This document shows, in pieces, positions 1 to 10,494 of a stretch of 64,000 nt of DNA (its first letter is position 1; every line of letters starts with the position of its first letter). This DNA comes from a virus. The notes beneath the pieces were generated by a model that did no database searches, had not been told where the DNA came from, and was given only the letters and a program-made list of their open reading frames with translations. The translations under genes and the position numbers were made by a program. The stretch spans positions 92,171 to 156,170 of the IMG/VR virus record IMGVR_UViG_3300028534_000015; one strand, written 5' to 3'.

Positions 1-345
1 ACTTTTACCAACTTTCATACTCTCCATCTCTGCTGTAAGCGTAGCGTCGATGCCATCGATGCTTTCTGGATGAAGTTCAAACAATGCGATATGTGCTTCT
101 TTCATCTCTTTCGCGTTTGGAAAGTAGTCATAACCTCTAGGAAGAGACATAGTAAACGGAATAAGATTCTGTTTAATATACGGTTGACTGTTAAGAAGTT
201 CAATGAAAGCTTTTCCGTTTTCATCTAGACTTCCGATATTTGGAAGGAGACCAGACTGGCCTCCATATTTGATGTCGAGCATAGCTGCATTTAAGGCTTC
301 GTTATCATACCCGACTGTTTTTAAACCATCTTGATTTAATGTCAT
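1..345 (-). CDS. Tail tube protein, phiKZ gp30-like (partial, runs off the window edge)
   Basis: Not in the ORF track. ATG at 345 after GAGGTG RBS; my translation MTLNQDGLKTVGYDNEALNAAMLDIKYGGQSGLLPNIG...ELHPESIDGIDATLTAE stays open to base 1. Directly downstream of the sheath gene; resembles phiKZ-like tube proteins. Confidence 0.75.
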   Translation of the reverse strand, partial: MTLNQDGLKTVGYDNEALNAAMLDIKYGGQSGLLPNIGSLDENGKAFIELLNSQPYIKQNLIPFTMSLPRGYDYFPNAKEMKEAHIALFELHPESIDGIDATLTAEMESMKVGKS

Positions 346-359
346 ATATCACCTCTCTC

Positions 360-2540
360 TTAATTTTGTAGATCTTCAAATCTATGCATAGTGATGTGAG
401 AATACTGTGAAGTTTTTCCGACACCACCATAAAGATGTGTTTCAAGGTTATAGGAATAACCTAGCTGTGCATCGTAGTCGGTAATAGTACATTCGACTTT
501 AGTTTTAAATACACCGTCAAAGATACCGTTAATCTCTGCTTCAGTTTGTTTTGTGACGTCTTGCACAAACTGTGCGTCTGTTTTATCGACTGTACCGGAA
601 TTTCTTACCCAGATATCTTGATGGACTTTTTCAATCTTAGAAATCGCAAAACCAGATGCTGGATTTTTCAATACGCTAGTATGATCTGGATAAATTGTCT
701 GAACAGCTACCCATCTATCAATCTTAAAGTTTTCTGGATATGTATATGAACCGCCTGCGTTCCATAGTACATCACAGATACCTTGTGTAGGTTCGTTTTC
801 TTGTCCAAGTCTACAGTCTTTGACATATTTTACTTTATTTCTGTCATTATCACCAACAAACAATTTTTCAGACTTCCAGATACCATTTCCGGTTCCCATC
901 ATTTCAGCAAACTTAATTGTCAGATCGTATAGTTTAGAAACTCTCCATCTCCAGTTAACACCAACAGCAAGAGCTGTACCTGTAATAACAAGAGTTTTGC
1001 TATGTTTAGTTCCATAGTATTCTGATTCAGGGAATAGTGAGAATCTACTTGTGATCATATTCACAATCGCGATTTCCTCATCTGGCTCTAGAACGACATT
1101 ATCTTTGTTAAATGTATGAGTACAAATAACAGGAACAATATCTCTTCTTGCTGTTAATGCGTTTGATATAGCAAGTTTTGTGTCTAGTTCAAATTCGCAG
1201 TCAATAATACAGTTTTCAGTATTAAGCGCTACGATGTTTACAGCGTTGTTAGGATCTTTGTACTCGTCTAGTTTTGCTCTTACAAGTTCGTTATAAGTAG
1301 CGTCATCATAGATTTCTCCATCACTTCCACCTGATAGATATAGAACAACACTGTCAGACACTGTAATGTCATCTGTCTCTTCAGAAACAACTGCATCACT
1401 TCTCACAAATGTAAAGTAATGTTTTTCCTTTACACCTAATCCTGTAAGAATATTGAAAAGAAGATCTTGTCCGGCGTATGCTCTTGTGTCATCACATTCG
1501 AATTCAGTAAACCATTCAGATGTCGCAGCATCTAGTCCGTCATCCCATGTTTTAACTTCTGTTGTAATGTAGTCCGCTTCTTTTTCAAAAAGAATATTTG
1601 AAACAGTTGCTACATTTTCGTAATATACAATAGGTTCGTCAAAATCACTATACATCATAGGCGCAACTTCGGACTTAAGATCCTCTTCATTGTTATCCCA
1701 GTAGTTTGGAAGATAATACTCCAATTGTAAAGGAATATCTGTAAGCGGATCTTTTTCTTGTTCTTTAAATACAAAGTTAACAGAGTTGCTTCCATAGAAA
1801 TGTTCTACAGGTTTCTTTTCTCCACTAGCTTTTGAGTAGCGTTTAAAGATATATCCAAGAAGTCTGTTTTTATCAATCAAGTCTTGATTTGTTTTATCAC
1901 CGATAAGTGGTTCAATTGTGAATCCTTCAAGATCAAGAATTTCACCTAGAGAAGATGCAATAAATGTAACAAGTGGATACATTGTAGAATCTTCACCATT
2001 TTTATCAGTCATGAAGCCTGTTTGAACAGATTCTTTATAAATGTCTCTTCCTGATTTTGTGTTATCGTATGTATCGTCATCGATATGTGAAAGATAAATT
2101 TTATACTTATACCCTTCAATAGTATCGCCTGTTGTTTCAGGTTCACCATCTGAGCCAATAATATAGTTACCAAGATGGTCTCTTTTATATTCTGGTAGAT
2201 CGTCAAGAGCGATATCAATCCACAAGGTTGCGTTTGATTTAACAACTAGGTTAGGATCTACAACACGCTGAATTTCTGCGATACCTGTAGCACTGAAAAC
2301 ACCTTCCATATAAAGTGTTGATGTATTGTAGAACTTTTTGTTTTTATCGAATGTATCCTGACCAAGGATATAATTCGCTTTGGCGAAGTTTGAGGTAAAC
2401 TTCTTAGTTCTACCTTTCGCTGATCTAATAAAGAACAGCGGTCTAAACTGCGCTTTTGATTCCGGCATTGGTGGTTCAGCTCTCCAGGATTGGTCATCTG
2501 TCCCAAAAGAGTTGTTCCACGGTAAGCTTGTTTTTACCAT
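360..2540 (-). CDS. Tail sheath protein, phiKZ gp29-like
   Basis: 726 aa; YLSGGSDG, FPESEYYGT, AVQTIY and AQLGYSY motifs typical of phiKZ-like sheaths; adjacent to tube gene. Confidence 0.85.
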   Translation of the reverse strand: MVKTSLPWNNSFGTDDQSWRAEPPMPESKAQFRPLFFIRSAKGRTKKFTSNFAKANYILGQDTFDKNKKFYNTSTLYMEGVFSATGIAEIQRVVDPNLVVKSNATLWIDIALDDLPEYKRDHLGNYIIGSDGEPETTGDTIEGYKYKIYLSHIDDDTYDNTKSGRDIYKESVQTGFMTDKNGEDSTMYPLVTFIASSLGEILDLEGFTIEPLIGDKTNQDLIDKNRLLGYIFKRYSKASGEKKPVEHFYGSNSVNFVFKEQEKDPLTDIPLQLEYYLPNYWDNNEEDLKSEVAPMMYSDFDEPIVYYENVATVSNILFEKEADYITTEVKTWDDGLDAATSEWFTEFECDDTRAYAGQDLLFNILTGLGVKEKHYFTFVRSDAVVSEETDDITVSDSVVLYLSGGSDGEIYDDATYNELVRAKLDEYKDPNNAVNIVALNTENCIIDCEFELDTKLAISNALTARRDIVPVICTHTFNKDNVVLEPDEEIAIVNMITSRFSLFPESEYYGTKHSKTLVITGTALAVGVNWRWRVSKLYDLTIKFAEMMGTGNGIWKSEKLFVGDNDRNKVKYVKDCRLGQENEPTQGICDVLWNAGGSYTYPENFKIDRWVAVQTIYPDHTSVLKNPASGFAISKIEKVHQDIWVRNSGTVDKTDAQFVQDVTKQTEAEINGIFDGVFKTKVECTITDYDAQLGYSYNLETHLYGGVGKTSQYSHITMHRFEDLQN

Positions 2541-2611
2541 GTTTTTTCCTTAATTTTTAATATATTAAAAATGAATTCGATAAATTCAATTAAAAGCGGT
2601 CAAAAAAATAT

Positions 2612-2636
2612 TACATTAGGGATAAACCCTAATGTA
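2612..2636 (-). terminator. Intrinsic terminator-like hairpin
   Basis: TACATTAGGG-ATAAA-CCCTAATGTA with an A run on its left (U tract on the - strand), just after the stop at 2644. Confidence 0.7.
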
Positions 2637-2643
2637 TAAATTG

Positions 2644-4443
2644 TTATCCAAATCTATTTGTTTCGGTATTAGAACCATCTTTTAATATATAAATCTCATC
2701 ATTATTTGTTAAAACTATTCTGTTGCCGAATTTATAATCGTCATCTTTTGTTTTTATCTCATATGCATTCGTAGTTAAATTAACTATGAGATAGTCTTCA
2801 TTTGTACCTAATGTATCTAAGCATAAGATAGAGTTATTTGGCAACGTAATAAGAACAAGATCGGCGTCTTTAAACTCTTCAGGATATGTATCTATGGAAA
2901 CAAATGTATCTCTAGATAGACTGTAAAGATACATTCCGTTGTATTCATCATTATCATCTGTTCCTGATGCCGTGATAAACAATGTATCATAATCGACAAA
3001 TGTAATAACGTAATTTTTATAACCTTGTTTTTCAACATCGGTTACTTTCTCTATATAACCATTATCATTATAGTAGATGCCTACGATATCGTCTTCAACA
3101 CCTATAAAATAAATTTTATCATCAAATGGATTATATGTAATAGAACTGAAACCAATAAGTTCATTATTAAAATCAATATTTGATAATTCACCTTGCTCTA
3201 AAATAGACAATGAGAAGTGTGAAACATTATATCTTAAAGTATACCAATAAGGCGTCCCGTCATCTTTTTTAGTCCCGGTAATAAATACTCTGTCATCTCT
3301 CATATGGATAACATGAAAAATTTCATCAGATAACGATTCAGGTAGTTCTAAATGTGTATCTACAGACGAGACATTATTGAGAAGAAACTTACCAAACACT
3401 AATTTATTCTCTTCAGATGTGTAAAAAAGATTTGTGTTAAAAGACAGCGGTTCTAAATAATATTTTGTTACATCAGTGTCAAAAGCAACATCAGCGTTTG
3501 TGTGTTGTAAAGTGAATGTATCTGAATACCCTAATTTAAATTTTGACATAGAACGTGTTGTGAGTGTATTTTGATAACACACAACATTTTCACCATCATC
3601 ATTTTGTATCGTAATTGTTAAATCGTATGACTTATCTGGATCGAGAGTAAATGCTGGAATAAAAACAAAATCACTATTGTCATTTATTTTAAATAACTCC
3701 ACACCTGTTTCATCTATTATCTTAAATTCAAAATCGATACCGTCTGGATTAGATAGTGTAATAGTATTATTAATTTCAGCAATAATGTTATCCAAACTCA
3801 CTGTGGGTTCTACACCACTATCTTCTGCATTTACATAAACAACTAACGGTTGTGATACCACTCTATTTTTATTTCTAAAAATAACAATTAGAACATAATC
3901 CTCATATTTAGATGTCTTTTCTGGATCAAGTTCAATCGTACAAGAAGTTAGATTTGTTTGATTATTCAAATCCATATATACTATTTCATTATTCAAACGT
4001 TTTACTATGTATGTAGTATCTTCATGCGGAACAATATCAGGTTTCATTTCAGAAAGTTCCACATTTATTTTATAGTCGTTTATTGTTAAAGAAGTAGCTC
4101 CTACTAAGGCGGGCGCTTCAACATAACTTTCAACGGATAGATATGCACCTTGAAGTTTTTGTGGAACAATTTCAATTTTACCCCACTCATCATCTTCAGA
4201 GTCTTTAATACCGTCATCGTTATTATCGTATCCTCTTTTATAGAATACAAAAAACAAATGTTCAGAAACAGGTGACGGAACATACCAGACATTTAACATT
4301 GTTAGTGAATCTATCAACTCTACCGGATTTCCGTCGTCATCGAGAACAGGATCCTCCATATTCTCATCTTTATAATATTTCCATGTAGTTGTTACATGGG
4401 TATTAATATCGCTTTCATACTTAGATATTACAACTTGTCTCAT
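2644..4443 (-). CDS. Acidic putative virion structural protein (Ig/FN3-like N-part, beta-rich C-domain)
   Basis: 599 aa, D/E/N-rich; THVTTTWK and PHEDTTYIV resemble H-x-x-T-x-W/Y Ig-like repeats of jumbo-phage tail proteins; C-domain similar to 4467..6284 and 45040..46548. Confidence 0.5.
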   Translation of the reverse strand: MRQVVISKYESDINTHVTTTWKYYKDENMEDPVLDDDGNPVELIDSLTMLNVWYVPSPVSEHLFFVFYKRGYDNNDDGIKDSEDDEWGKIEIVPQKLQGAYLSVESYVEAPALVGATSLTINDYKINVELSEMKPDIVPHEDTTYIVKRLNNEIVYMDLNNQTNLTSCTIELDPEKTSKYEDYVLIVIFRNKNRVVSQPLVVYVNAEDSGVEPTVSLDNIIAEINNTITLSNPDGIDFEFKIIDETGVELFKINDNSDFVFIPAFTLDPDKSYDLTITIQNDDGENVVCYQNTLTTRSMSKFKLGYSDTFTLQHTNADVAFDTDVTKYYLEPLSFNTNLFYTSEENKLVFGKFLLNNVSSVDTHLELPESLSDEIFHVIHMRDDRVFITGTKKDDGTPYWYTLRYNVSHFSLSILEQGELSNIDFNNELIGFSSITYNPFDDKIYFIGVEDDIVGIYYNDNGYIEKVTDVEKQGYKNYVITFVDYDTLFITASGTDDNDEYNGMYLYSLSRDTFVSIDTYPEEFKDADLVLITLPNNSILCLDTLGTNEDYLIVNLTTNAYEIKTKDDDYKFGNRIVLTNNDEIYILKDGSNTETNRFG

Positions 4444-4466
4444 ATTTAATCCCTTCCATTCTTATT

Positions 4467-6284
4467 TTACTGTAACTCATAAAGTTTATGTCCGCCGTTT
4501 GTAACAACCTCTGCTATATTAAATTTATTATCTAATGTAGTAAATATGTTACAGTAATTGAAATTCAAATCTGTATTGATAGAACGTAGTAAAATATCAT
4601 TCTCTGCATCAAACTCTAAGATATTGAAACGATGATTTAATGTGTCTCCATACGTGATAAGAACAATATTGTCATTGTCTGTTCTAAAGAGTTTTACTTT
4701 TTCGTGATCTACATCATCTAATGCTATTTTTCTTACTTCATCCGTTTCTCTATCAATAATAGTTATTAAACCATTAGCATAACAAATTAGAGTATTCGTG
4801 TCTCTTTGTCTTATCCCTGTTATGAGAATATAATCATCAACATCTATTCTATCTCTGTATTCGTCTAAGTCAGTTATAAAATCACTCTCTTCTGTTATAT
4901 CAGAAGAGTCGGTAGTAAGACTACATCGTTTAAAACTTTCTCCTGGTTTAGCATAGATAAACTCTAATGTTGTTTTATACAGATTTAATCCGCTGTTAAT
5001 ATAGTTGTCGCCATAAGGAACAACTGTATCATCTAAAGACTTTGTATAATTTCCAGTACTGTCAAAGTCTATTTTAATAACTCTTAAATCCTTCTCGCCT
5101 TCATCATTATTGGTTACGATATGAATAATAAAAGATCCATCAAGTATTTCAACATTAGATTCTATAATGTCATAAAAACCACCAAGATTGTACTTAAATA
5201 CTTCATTCATGATATTATCATTTAAATCGTAGAATAAAACATCTGTCGGAACCACAATAGGAACTAGACCAGTTGTATGTTCTTTTGTAAATGTGTTATA
5301 TCTTGGTAGATCGTATCCGGAGTATTTGATGATGTTTAACATAAATTTAGTATAATAAACATCAAATAACTCATAAAAGTCTTCTTTATCTTCACCTTTA
5401 AACATGAATGTATTCGTGACAGTTTTACCTGTAATTAATGTAGAAGTCACTCCCATTTCGTATAACTCACTAGGTTCTATAATACCTGAATGAACAATAA
5501 TCTCAAATTGATCGAACATATATTCAATACTTTCACCTGTGTAGTTAAAAATCAAATCTCCATTTTTATGATTTCTAACATTAACCACAACCAACCCTGT
5601 AGTGAGCGTGTTTGTTCTGAATGATACTAAGTTATCAACATGTCTTTTAAGAATAGGTTCACTTACAAGAGATATGAAACGTTCTTCTGTTTCTCTCACA
5701 AAGACTTTTCTGCCTGAAAAACTGTTGGTTGTTTCTGAATTAATAACTGCTTCAAAAACAACAATATTCTGATTTTTGATAACGTTGTTAGGAAGTACAA
5801 TTGTATTTAAATTCTGTGTATCGTTAGCTCTGTCTAAGATAGTATTTCCAAAAATATCTCTTACTTTCCAAGATACAGATTTAATTTCAACACTATCGTC
5901 AAATGTTTTGAAATCATCTAGGTTAACTGTAATTTGTTCACCACCAAGAAAAGTATCTCTTAAGATTTCTAATCTAGGTGTCTTAATTACAGATCTATTA
6001 CTCACAACCTGACCAAAAACACTGTGGTTTGTAATTCCGCTTGTGATGTCATAAACGTTACCGTCACTGTCTTCAACACGCACAATAATCATATAGTATA
6101 ACGTATCTCTTCTACTTATGATAACATCTTTAAACGTATACTCATATTTTTCAGCATCTGTTTTTGACGTATGTCTGTCAATCTCATTAGAGAGCGATGG
6201 ATCTGATCCTAGTATGTACTCTGTTTCTTTATGTGTAAAAGCATCGTCTACATATAAACCGTCTATTTTTAATGTTACTGACAT
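4467..6284 (-). CDS. Acidic putative virion structural protein, paralog of 2644..4443
   Basis: 605 aa; THKETEY and KSVSWKVRD motifs; similar C-terminal region. Confidence 0.5.
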   Translation of the reverse strand: MSVTLKIDGLYVDDAFTHKETEYILGSDPSLSNEIDRHTSKTDAEKYEYTFKDVIISRRDTLYYMIIVRVEDSDGNVYDITSGITNHSVFGQVVSNRSVIKTPRLEILRDTFLGGEQITVNLDDFKTFDDSVEIKSVSWKVRDIFGNTILDRANDTQNLNTIVLPNNVIKNQNIVVFEAVINSETTNSFSGRKVFVRETEERFISLVSEPILKRHVDNLVSFRTNTLTTGLVVVNVRNHKNGDLIFNYTGESIEYMFDQFEIIVHSGIIEPSELYEMGVTSTLITGKTVTNTFMFKGEDKEDFYELFDVYYTKFMLNIIKYSGYDLPRYNTFTKEHTTGLVPIVVPTDVLFYDLNDNIMNEVFKYNLGGFYDIIESNVEILDGSFIIHIVTNNDEGEKDLRVIKIDFDSTGNYTKSLDDTVVPYGDNYINSGLNLYKTTLEFIYAKPGESFKRCSLTTDSSDITEESDFITDLDEYRDRIDVDDYILITGIRQRDTNTLICYANGLITIIDRETDEVRKIALDDVDHEKVKLFRTDNDNIVLITYGDTLNHRFNILEFDAENDILLRSINTDLNFNYCNIFTTLDNKFNIAEVVTNGGHKLYELQ

Positions 6285-6299
6285 ATATTTTTCCTTAGA

Positions 6300-6641
6300 T
6301 TAAATAATTTTTATTTCTAAAAGTCTTTTTCTTAATGCTTCTTTATTTTCGTCAGAAAGCGCATTAATTTCGCCATTGGTTGTTGGTGATACTTCAAACC
6401 ATCCGATATAATCATCACCTAACTTAATGTTAAACCTCGTATAGATAGGGTCATTACCAAAATAAATTTCGCCATTTTCATCTGTGACTGTGAAATAAGA
6501 GTTAAACATATCAAGCGCATCTTTTTCCTCTTCATGAAATGGATTAGAATAATCTTCATTAAACGATGCTTCGTATTTAACAGATGTAATTTCATCAACC
6601 AACCCAAGTATGAAGATCTCATCAATATGGATAGTTGCCAT
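6300..6641 (-). CDS. Small putative structural protein (single Ig-like module)
   Basis: 113 aa, AAGGA RBS; N-terminus loosely resembles that of 4467..6284. Confidence 0.45.
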   Translation of the reverse strand: MATIHIDEIFILGLVDEITSVKYEASFNEDYSNPFHEEEKDALDMFNSYFTVTDENGEIYFGNDPIYTRFNIKLGDDYIGWFEVSPTTNGEINALSDENKEALRKRLLEIKII

Positions 6642-6691
6642 AGACTGTCCTTAAGTTATAATTCAATTAATTGTCAGAGAATAAAAAACTT

Positions 6692-6715
6692 CTAAGGAGA
6701 CTCATGTCTCCTTAG
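6692..6715 (-). terminator. Hairpin terminator after terminase
   Basis: CTAAGGAGAC-TCAT-GTCTCCTTAG with adjacent A run. Confidence 0.65.
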
Positions 6716-6719
6716 GTTG

Positions 6720-8828
6720 TTATACTGCTTCTTTTAGTTTATTGTTTAGAACTTCCCGTATCATTGCTTCAGAGTTCATTGATGTTCTCATGTCATCTCC
6801 GATACGTTTAGACAACGCTCTAATCTTATTGACAATATAAACGGTTTTGATTTCGTCTCTAGTAGCTTCAAGTTCTTCAAACAATTCAGAAATTTTATTT
6901 CTAATTCCTCGCATTTCTATCTCTTTAGAATCCTCTTTAAGTGTTTTTTCAATATTCGGGTCATTCTCTGTTACTCTAGATAAAATAGAGTTTGGACTAA
7001 TACCATAGTATTCAGAATTCTTAACATTTGTAAGGAACCAATATCCTAACAACCAAGCAATAGCGACATCATCGTGTTTATTATTGTCGTGATCAAGTCT
7101 TCCATTTTTAATTTTAAGATCACTAATTTGCCTAATGATTGCCTTATCTCTTGCTACGGATCCTGTGAATTTAAGTGAAGCAATTACATTTTCACCATAA
7201 ATCTTTTCCCTTGTTGCTTTTCCAGAACCGGCAGTAGCGTAACCAAAATGTTTTCTAAATCTATTATAGAGTCCTTGTTTTTGTTTAGCGAATGCGACTT
7301 CCTCATATCTACTAATGTTAATATCATATTCTTGAACTACCCAGTTAAAGAAACGTTTAAATGGATCTTCTCCTATATTCTCTAACATCACAGACACATT
7401 ATCCATTAATGACGAACCAGTTGATTTACGTTCTACAATCATCACTGCTTTTTTGAATTTTGTAAGGAAATCAAAAATGAATATAGAGAATTCATTAATA
7501 TTAAAATTATTGTATGCTCCAGCCCCAAGAACTTCTCCTGTTCGTATATCTCTAATGACAAGCCCCATCTCATCTTTACCAAATCCTTCTGACGGATCTA
7601 GTCCGACAATCATGGCTTGATTTCGTAAAACTTCATTAACGTATTTCTCTTCTTTATACCAGTTAATAACAAACCCTTTACTAAGTACATCTGTAAATAA
7701 AGGATCCATTGCAGAGCTATTAAGTTTCTTAATAAGTTTCTTATCGATAGGCGTAGCACCAGATCCTAAAGGCCAGATTAGAAGATAATCCGCTTCAGCA
7801 TCTTCTCCTTCTGATTGCGCATCTTTTATTTTACGACGTAACCAATCATCTGTCTTACCAAGTTGTCTGTGATTAAACTCAAGAACCATTATACCTGATC
7901 TAGAATTCTTATCAAGTACCTCTTCTAATTCTTTTCTATCTTTAAGGTCATAGAATTCTTCAGACCACTTAAGTCCTTCTGAATATTTATTATATGCAAA
8001 CTCGCCTTCTTTACTATTTCGATAAGCTGGTGTTGTTGTTAAAATAGTACCATATGGGTTTCCTGATTCTTCTGCTTCATCATTAGCAGCAGAACCAGCA
8101 GCCAAGTATGGAGAAAGTGTAATATGAATATTTCTGACGTATCCAAACTCATCAACATGTCTTGTCGGTGTTGTAAGACCCCTCAAAACGTTATAAGCTG
8201 CTTTTTCAGAACTCTGACCTACAGCCGTTACAAGTTTATTATTTCTTAATCCTATTTCGATACTGAATGAGTTGTTACTGTCTCTTTTGGTTCTAAGTCT
8301 AAGATAGTTAGGTAAGGCAGCCATACAGTCTTTTATTTGTTCGATAGAAGATGTACGTAGTGTATCGTCTTTTGTTAAAAGTGTAATAGTGCTATTTTTT
8401 GACCAGAATGATAATAGACCTGTATGTAATAGATAAGAAGTAAGAGACTTACCTGTTTGTCTTGGTTGAATAAGCAGAGTTGTAATATGGTTGAAGTAAT
8501 TCCATATTAAAGCTATGTTTCCTCTATTGGCTTCAAAATATCTAGGATTACTACTTGCTTTGGCAGGAACCCTAGCAACTTCTCTAAAAAAGTACCAAGG
8601 GTTTATTTTAACCTCTTCAAGTATCATAGCCTTTGTTTCTCTACTAAGATTTTCATCATGCGGATCAACATCTATTAACAAAGGATTAATTAGAGCAAGA
8701 GGGAACAAATAGTTTTTTCTTCCCATTAATTTTAACTTTTTAGCGAATTCTAAGAAACTCGTGTTTTTTGTTCTAATATGAACAGTTGCAGTTGGATATT
8801 TGTCCCAATCTTTCTTAAATAAAATCAT
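6720..8828 (-). CDS. terL: Terminase large subunit, phiKZ gp25-like
   Basis: 702 aa; NPWYFFRE, Walker A PRQTGKS, Walker B HVDE, TTT coupling motif, nuclease GLDPS...ER...HDD. Confidence 0.93.
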   Translation of the reverse strand: MILFKKDWDKYPTATVHIRTKNTSFLEFAKKLKLMGRKNYLFPLALINPLLIDVDPHDENLSRETKAMILEEVKINPWYFFREVARVPAKASSNPRYFEANRGNIALIWNYFNHITTLLIQPRQTGKSLTSYLLHTGLLSFWSKNSTITLLTKDDTLRTSSIEQIKDCMAALPNYLRLRTKRDSNNSFSIEIGLRNNKLVTAVGQSSEKAAYNVLRGLTTPTRHVDEFGYVRNIHITLSPYLAAGSAANDEAEESGNPYGTILTTTPAYRNSKEGEFAYNKYSEGLKWSEEFYDLKDRKELEEVLDKNSRSGIMVLEFNHRQLGKTDDWLRRKIKDAQSEGEDAEADYLLIWPLGSGATPIDKKLIKKLNSSAMDPLFTDVLSKGFVINWYKEEKYVNEVLRNQAMIVGLDPSEGFGKDEMGLVIRDIRTGEVLGAGAYNNFNINEFSIFIFDFLTKFKKAVMIVERKSTGSSLMDNVSVMLENIGEDPFKRFFNWVVQEYDINISRYEEVAFAKQKQGLYNRFRKHFGYATAGSGKATREKIYGENVIASLKFTGSVARDKAIIRQISDLKIKNGRLDHDNNKHDDVAIAWLLGYWFLTNVKNSEYYGISPNSILSRVTENDPNIEKTLKEDSKEIEMRGIRNKISELFEELEATRDEIKTVYIVNKIRALSKRIGDDMRTSMNSEAMIREVLNNKLKEAV

Positions 8829-8871
8829 TCTATACCTTTTAGGACATCAATAATCAAATTAAATTGATTTA

Positions 8872-9207
8872 ATGTTTGTAATTGTAAAAGGATATTTTTT
8901 GGCAAAAAATGTAAGAGAAAGTAAAGAATATAGGATAGCGAAAATAAAGCACCTAAGAAATAACCCTAGATGTGTAATTTGTAACGCTATAAAAGGAAGG
9001 GTAGTACATCACCTAAACTCTGTGAGATATTTTCCAGATGAAGCGTGTGATCCTAATAACCTTATTACGTTATGTGATTATAGAAAAAATGATTGCCACG
9101 GATTATTTCATAATGTTTTTAAAGGAGGAACACGAAAGAAAACCACAAAAGAAGATTTTGAAAGATTTTTAGAAGTTGTAAACCACAAAGAGAAGTTGAG
9201 ATCCTAG
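8872..9207 (+). CDS. Small zinc-binding HNH endonuclease (likely start TTG at 8899)
   Basis: CVIC...VHHL...NLITLC...CHGLFH HNH pattern; AAAGGA RBS precedes TTG 8899. Confidence 0.85.
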   Translation: MFVIVKGYFLAKNVRESKEYRIAKIKHLRNNPRCVICNAIKGRVVHHLNSVRYFPDEACDPNNLITLCDYRKNDCHGLFHNVFKGGTRKKTTKEDFERFLEVVNHKEKLRS

Positions 9208-9220
9208 GATCTCAACTTCT
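9191..9220. repeat. Perfect 30-bp palindrome at a convergent gene junction
   Basis: AGAAGTTGAGATCCT|AGGATCTCAACTTCT, no loop; contains both stop codons. Confidence 0.9.
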
Positions 9221-10429
9221 TGGCTTACTATATTTAATAGCAATTAACATAATGTAAATTGCTAATGATGTCACTACCGTAACAATTACTCTTTTTGTTT
9301 TTTTGTTTGTAGCTAATCTAACGAAATCAGCTGCTTCTTTTTTAAACTTTTTATTCTCTTTGTCCTGAACCGTAGAAGATATCCAATAACCTCTAAGAAA
9401 TTTTACTACGTCAATAATGGATTTATCATATGGAGGATATAATTCCGATTTATACAAGTAGTGTATATTTGCATTAACAGCTGTTTCTAATAATGAATCT
9501 ATAGTTCTTTTATGTTTCGTGTAATTTTCACTCATAAATAAAACAGTCTGTTTGAGTTCTTTAGGATAAAGATTTGGGTAAATGTTTTTCATAATAGTAA
9601 TATAATCTTCATAGAAAAACTCTCTAGGTTTATAAACAGTATTCAATACAGCGTTATGATATTGTTTTGTGTCACTTACAATATCTACCATAATCTCACC
9701 TTGTTCGTCATCATGACCTAAGACAGACCGAGACTCTCTTGCTGTATTAATATCCATCACCATATAAACCATACGCGTCAACTCTTTAACAGTTGAACGG
9801 ATTTTACCTTGCATATCTGTAATAACAAGTGTTACATCTTTTGTGTTGTATTTGATAAGTGCTTTTTCATGAAGTCCTTTATGAGTAACGTATTGACCAA
9901 AATATTCAAAAACACCTTTCCAACTACCTTCTCTCTTAAGAATAAATCGTCTAGGTAGTTTTTCATAGACAGTAAGTGCGATATCTTTATCTAAGTTATG
10001 CGAGAAGTAACGTGTCATGAGTGATGAATAAACCATAACAGAAAAGATATAAAATGTCTCCATAATAGTTTTATCTTTTTCTTCGACATTTTTAATGTGT
10101 GTATGGGTAAAATGCATTAGGTACATAATAAGATGATATCTTGGATTACTTGCTACATTAAACGCCGGATTGATATCATGAAGTTTATGAAGGTCTTTCT
10201 TTAATTTTTCTTGGTCTATATCAAAAATAAGATAAAATCGTTGTGCATCATCTTCCGTAAATTTAATAGTGTGCACGCCGATAAGGTTAGAGGATATAAA
10301 ATCAAGATGGTCTTTAGATCTATATAACCAATAAAGAAAAAAGTTTCTCATTTTTTTATAAAGTGTTTTTGAATCAGGTTTAATTCCCATGTTTGATTCA
10401 AATACTTTTTCTAGTTCTGTTTTTCTCAC
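9212..10429 (-). CDS. Conserved phiKZ-like virion-associated protein
   Basis: 405 aa, GTG start with AAGGA RBS; NLIGVHTIKF, FNVASNP and DMQGKIRS resemble a conserved phiKZ-family protein. Confidence 0.55.
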   Translation of the reverse strand: MRKTELEKVFESNMGIKPDSKTLYKKMRNFFLYWLYRSKDHLDFISSNLIGVHTIKFTEDDAQRFYLIFDIDQEKLKKDLHKLHDINPAFNVASNPRYHLIMYLMHFTHTHIKNVEEKDKTIMETFYIFSVMVYSSLMTRYFSHNLDKDIALTVYEKLPRRFILKREGSWKGVFEYFGQYVTHKGLHEKALIKYNTKDVTLVITDMQGKIRSTVKELTRMVYMVMDINTARESRSVLGHDDEQGEIMVDIVSDTKQYHNAVLNTVYKPREFFYEDYITIMKNIYPNLYPKELKQTVLFMSENYTKHKRTIDSLLETAVNANIHYLYKSELYPPYDKSIIDVVKFLRGYWISSTVQDKENKKFKKEAADFVRLATNKKTKRVIVTVVTSLAIYIMLIAIKYSKPRS

Positions 10430-10494
10430 GTTGTGTCCTTATAGGTTAAATCAAGTGAAATATGTTTAATATGAAACCACAAGAAAGGATTAAT

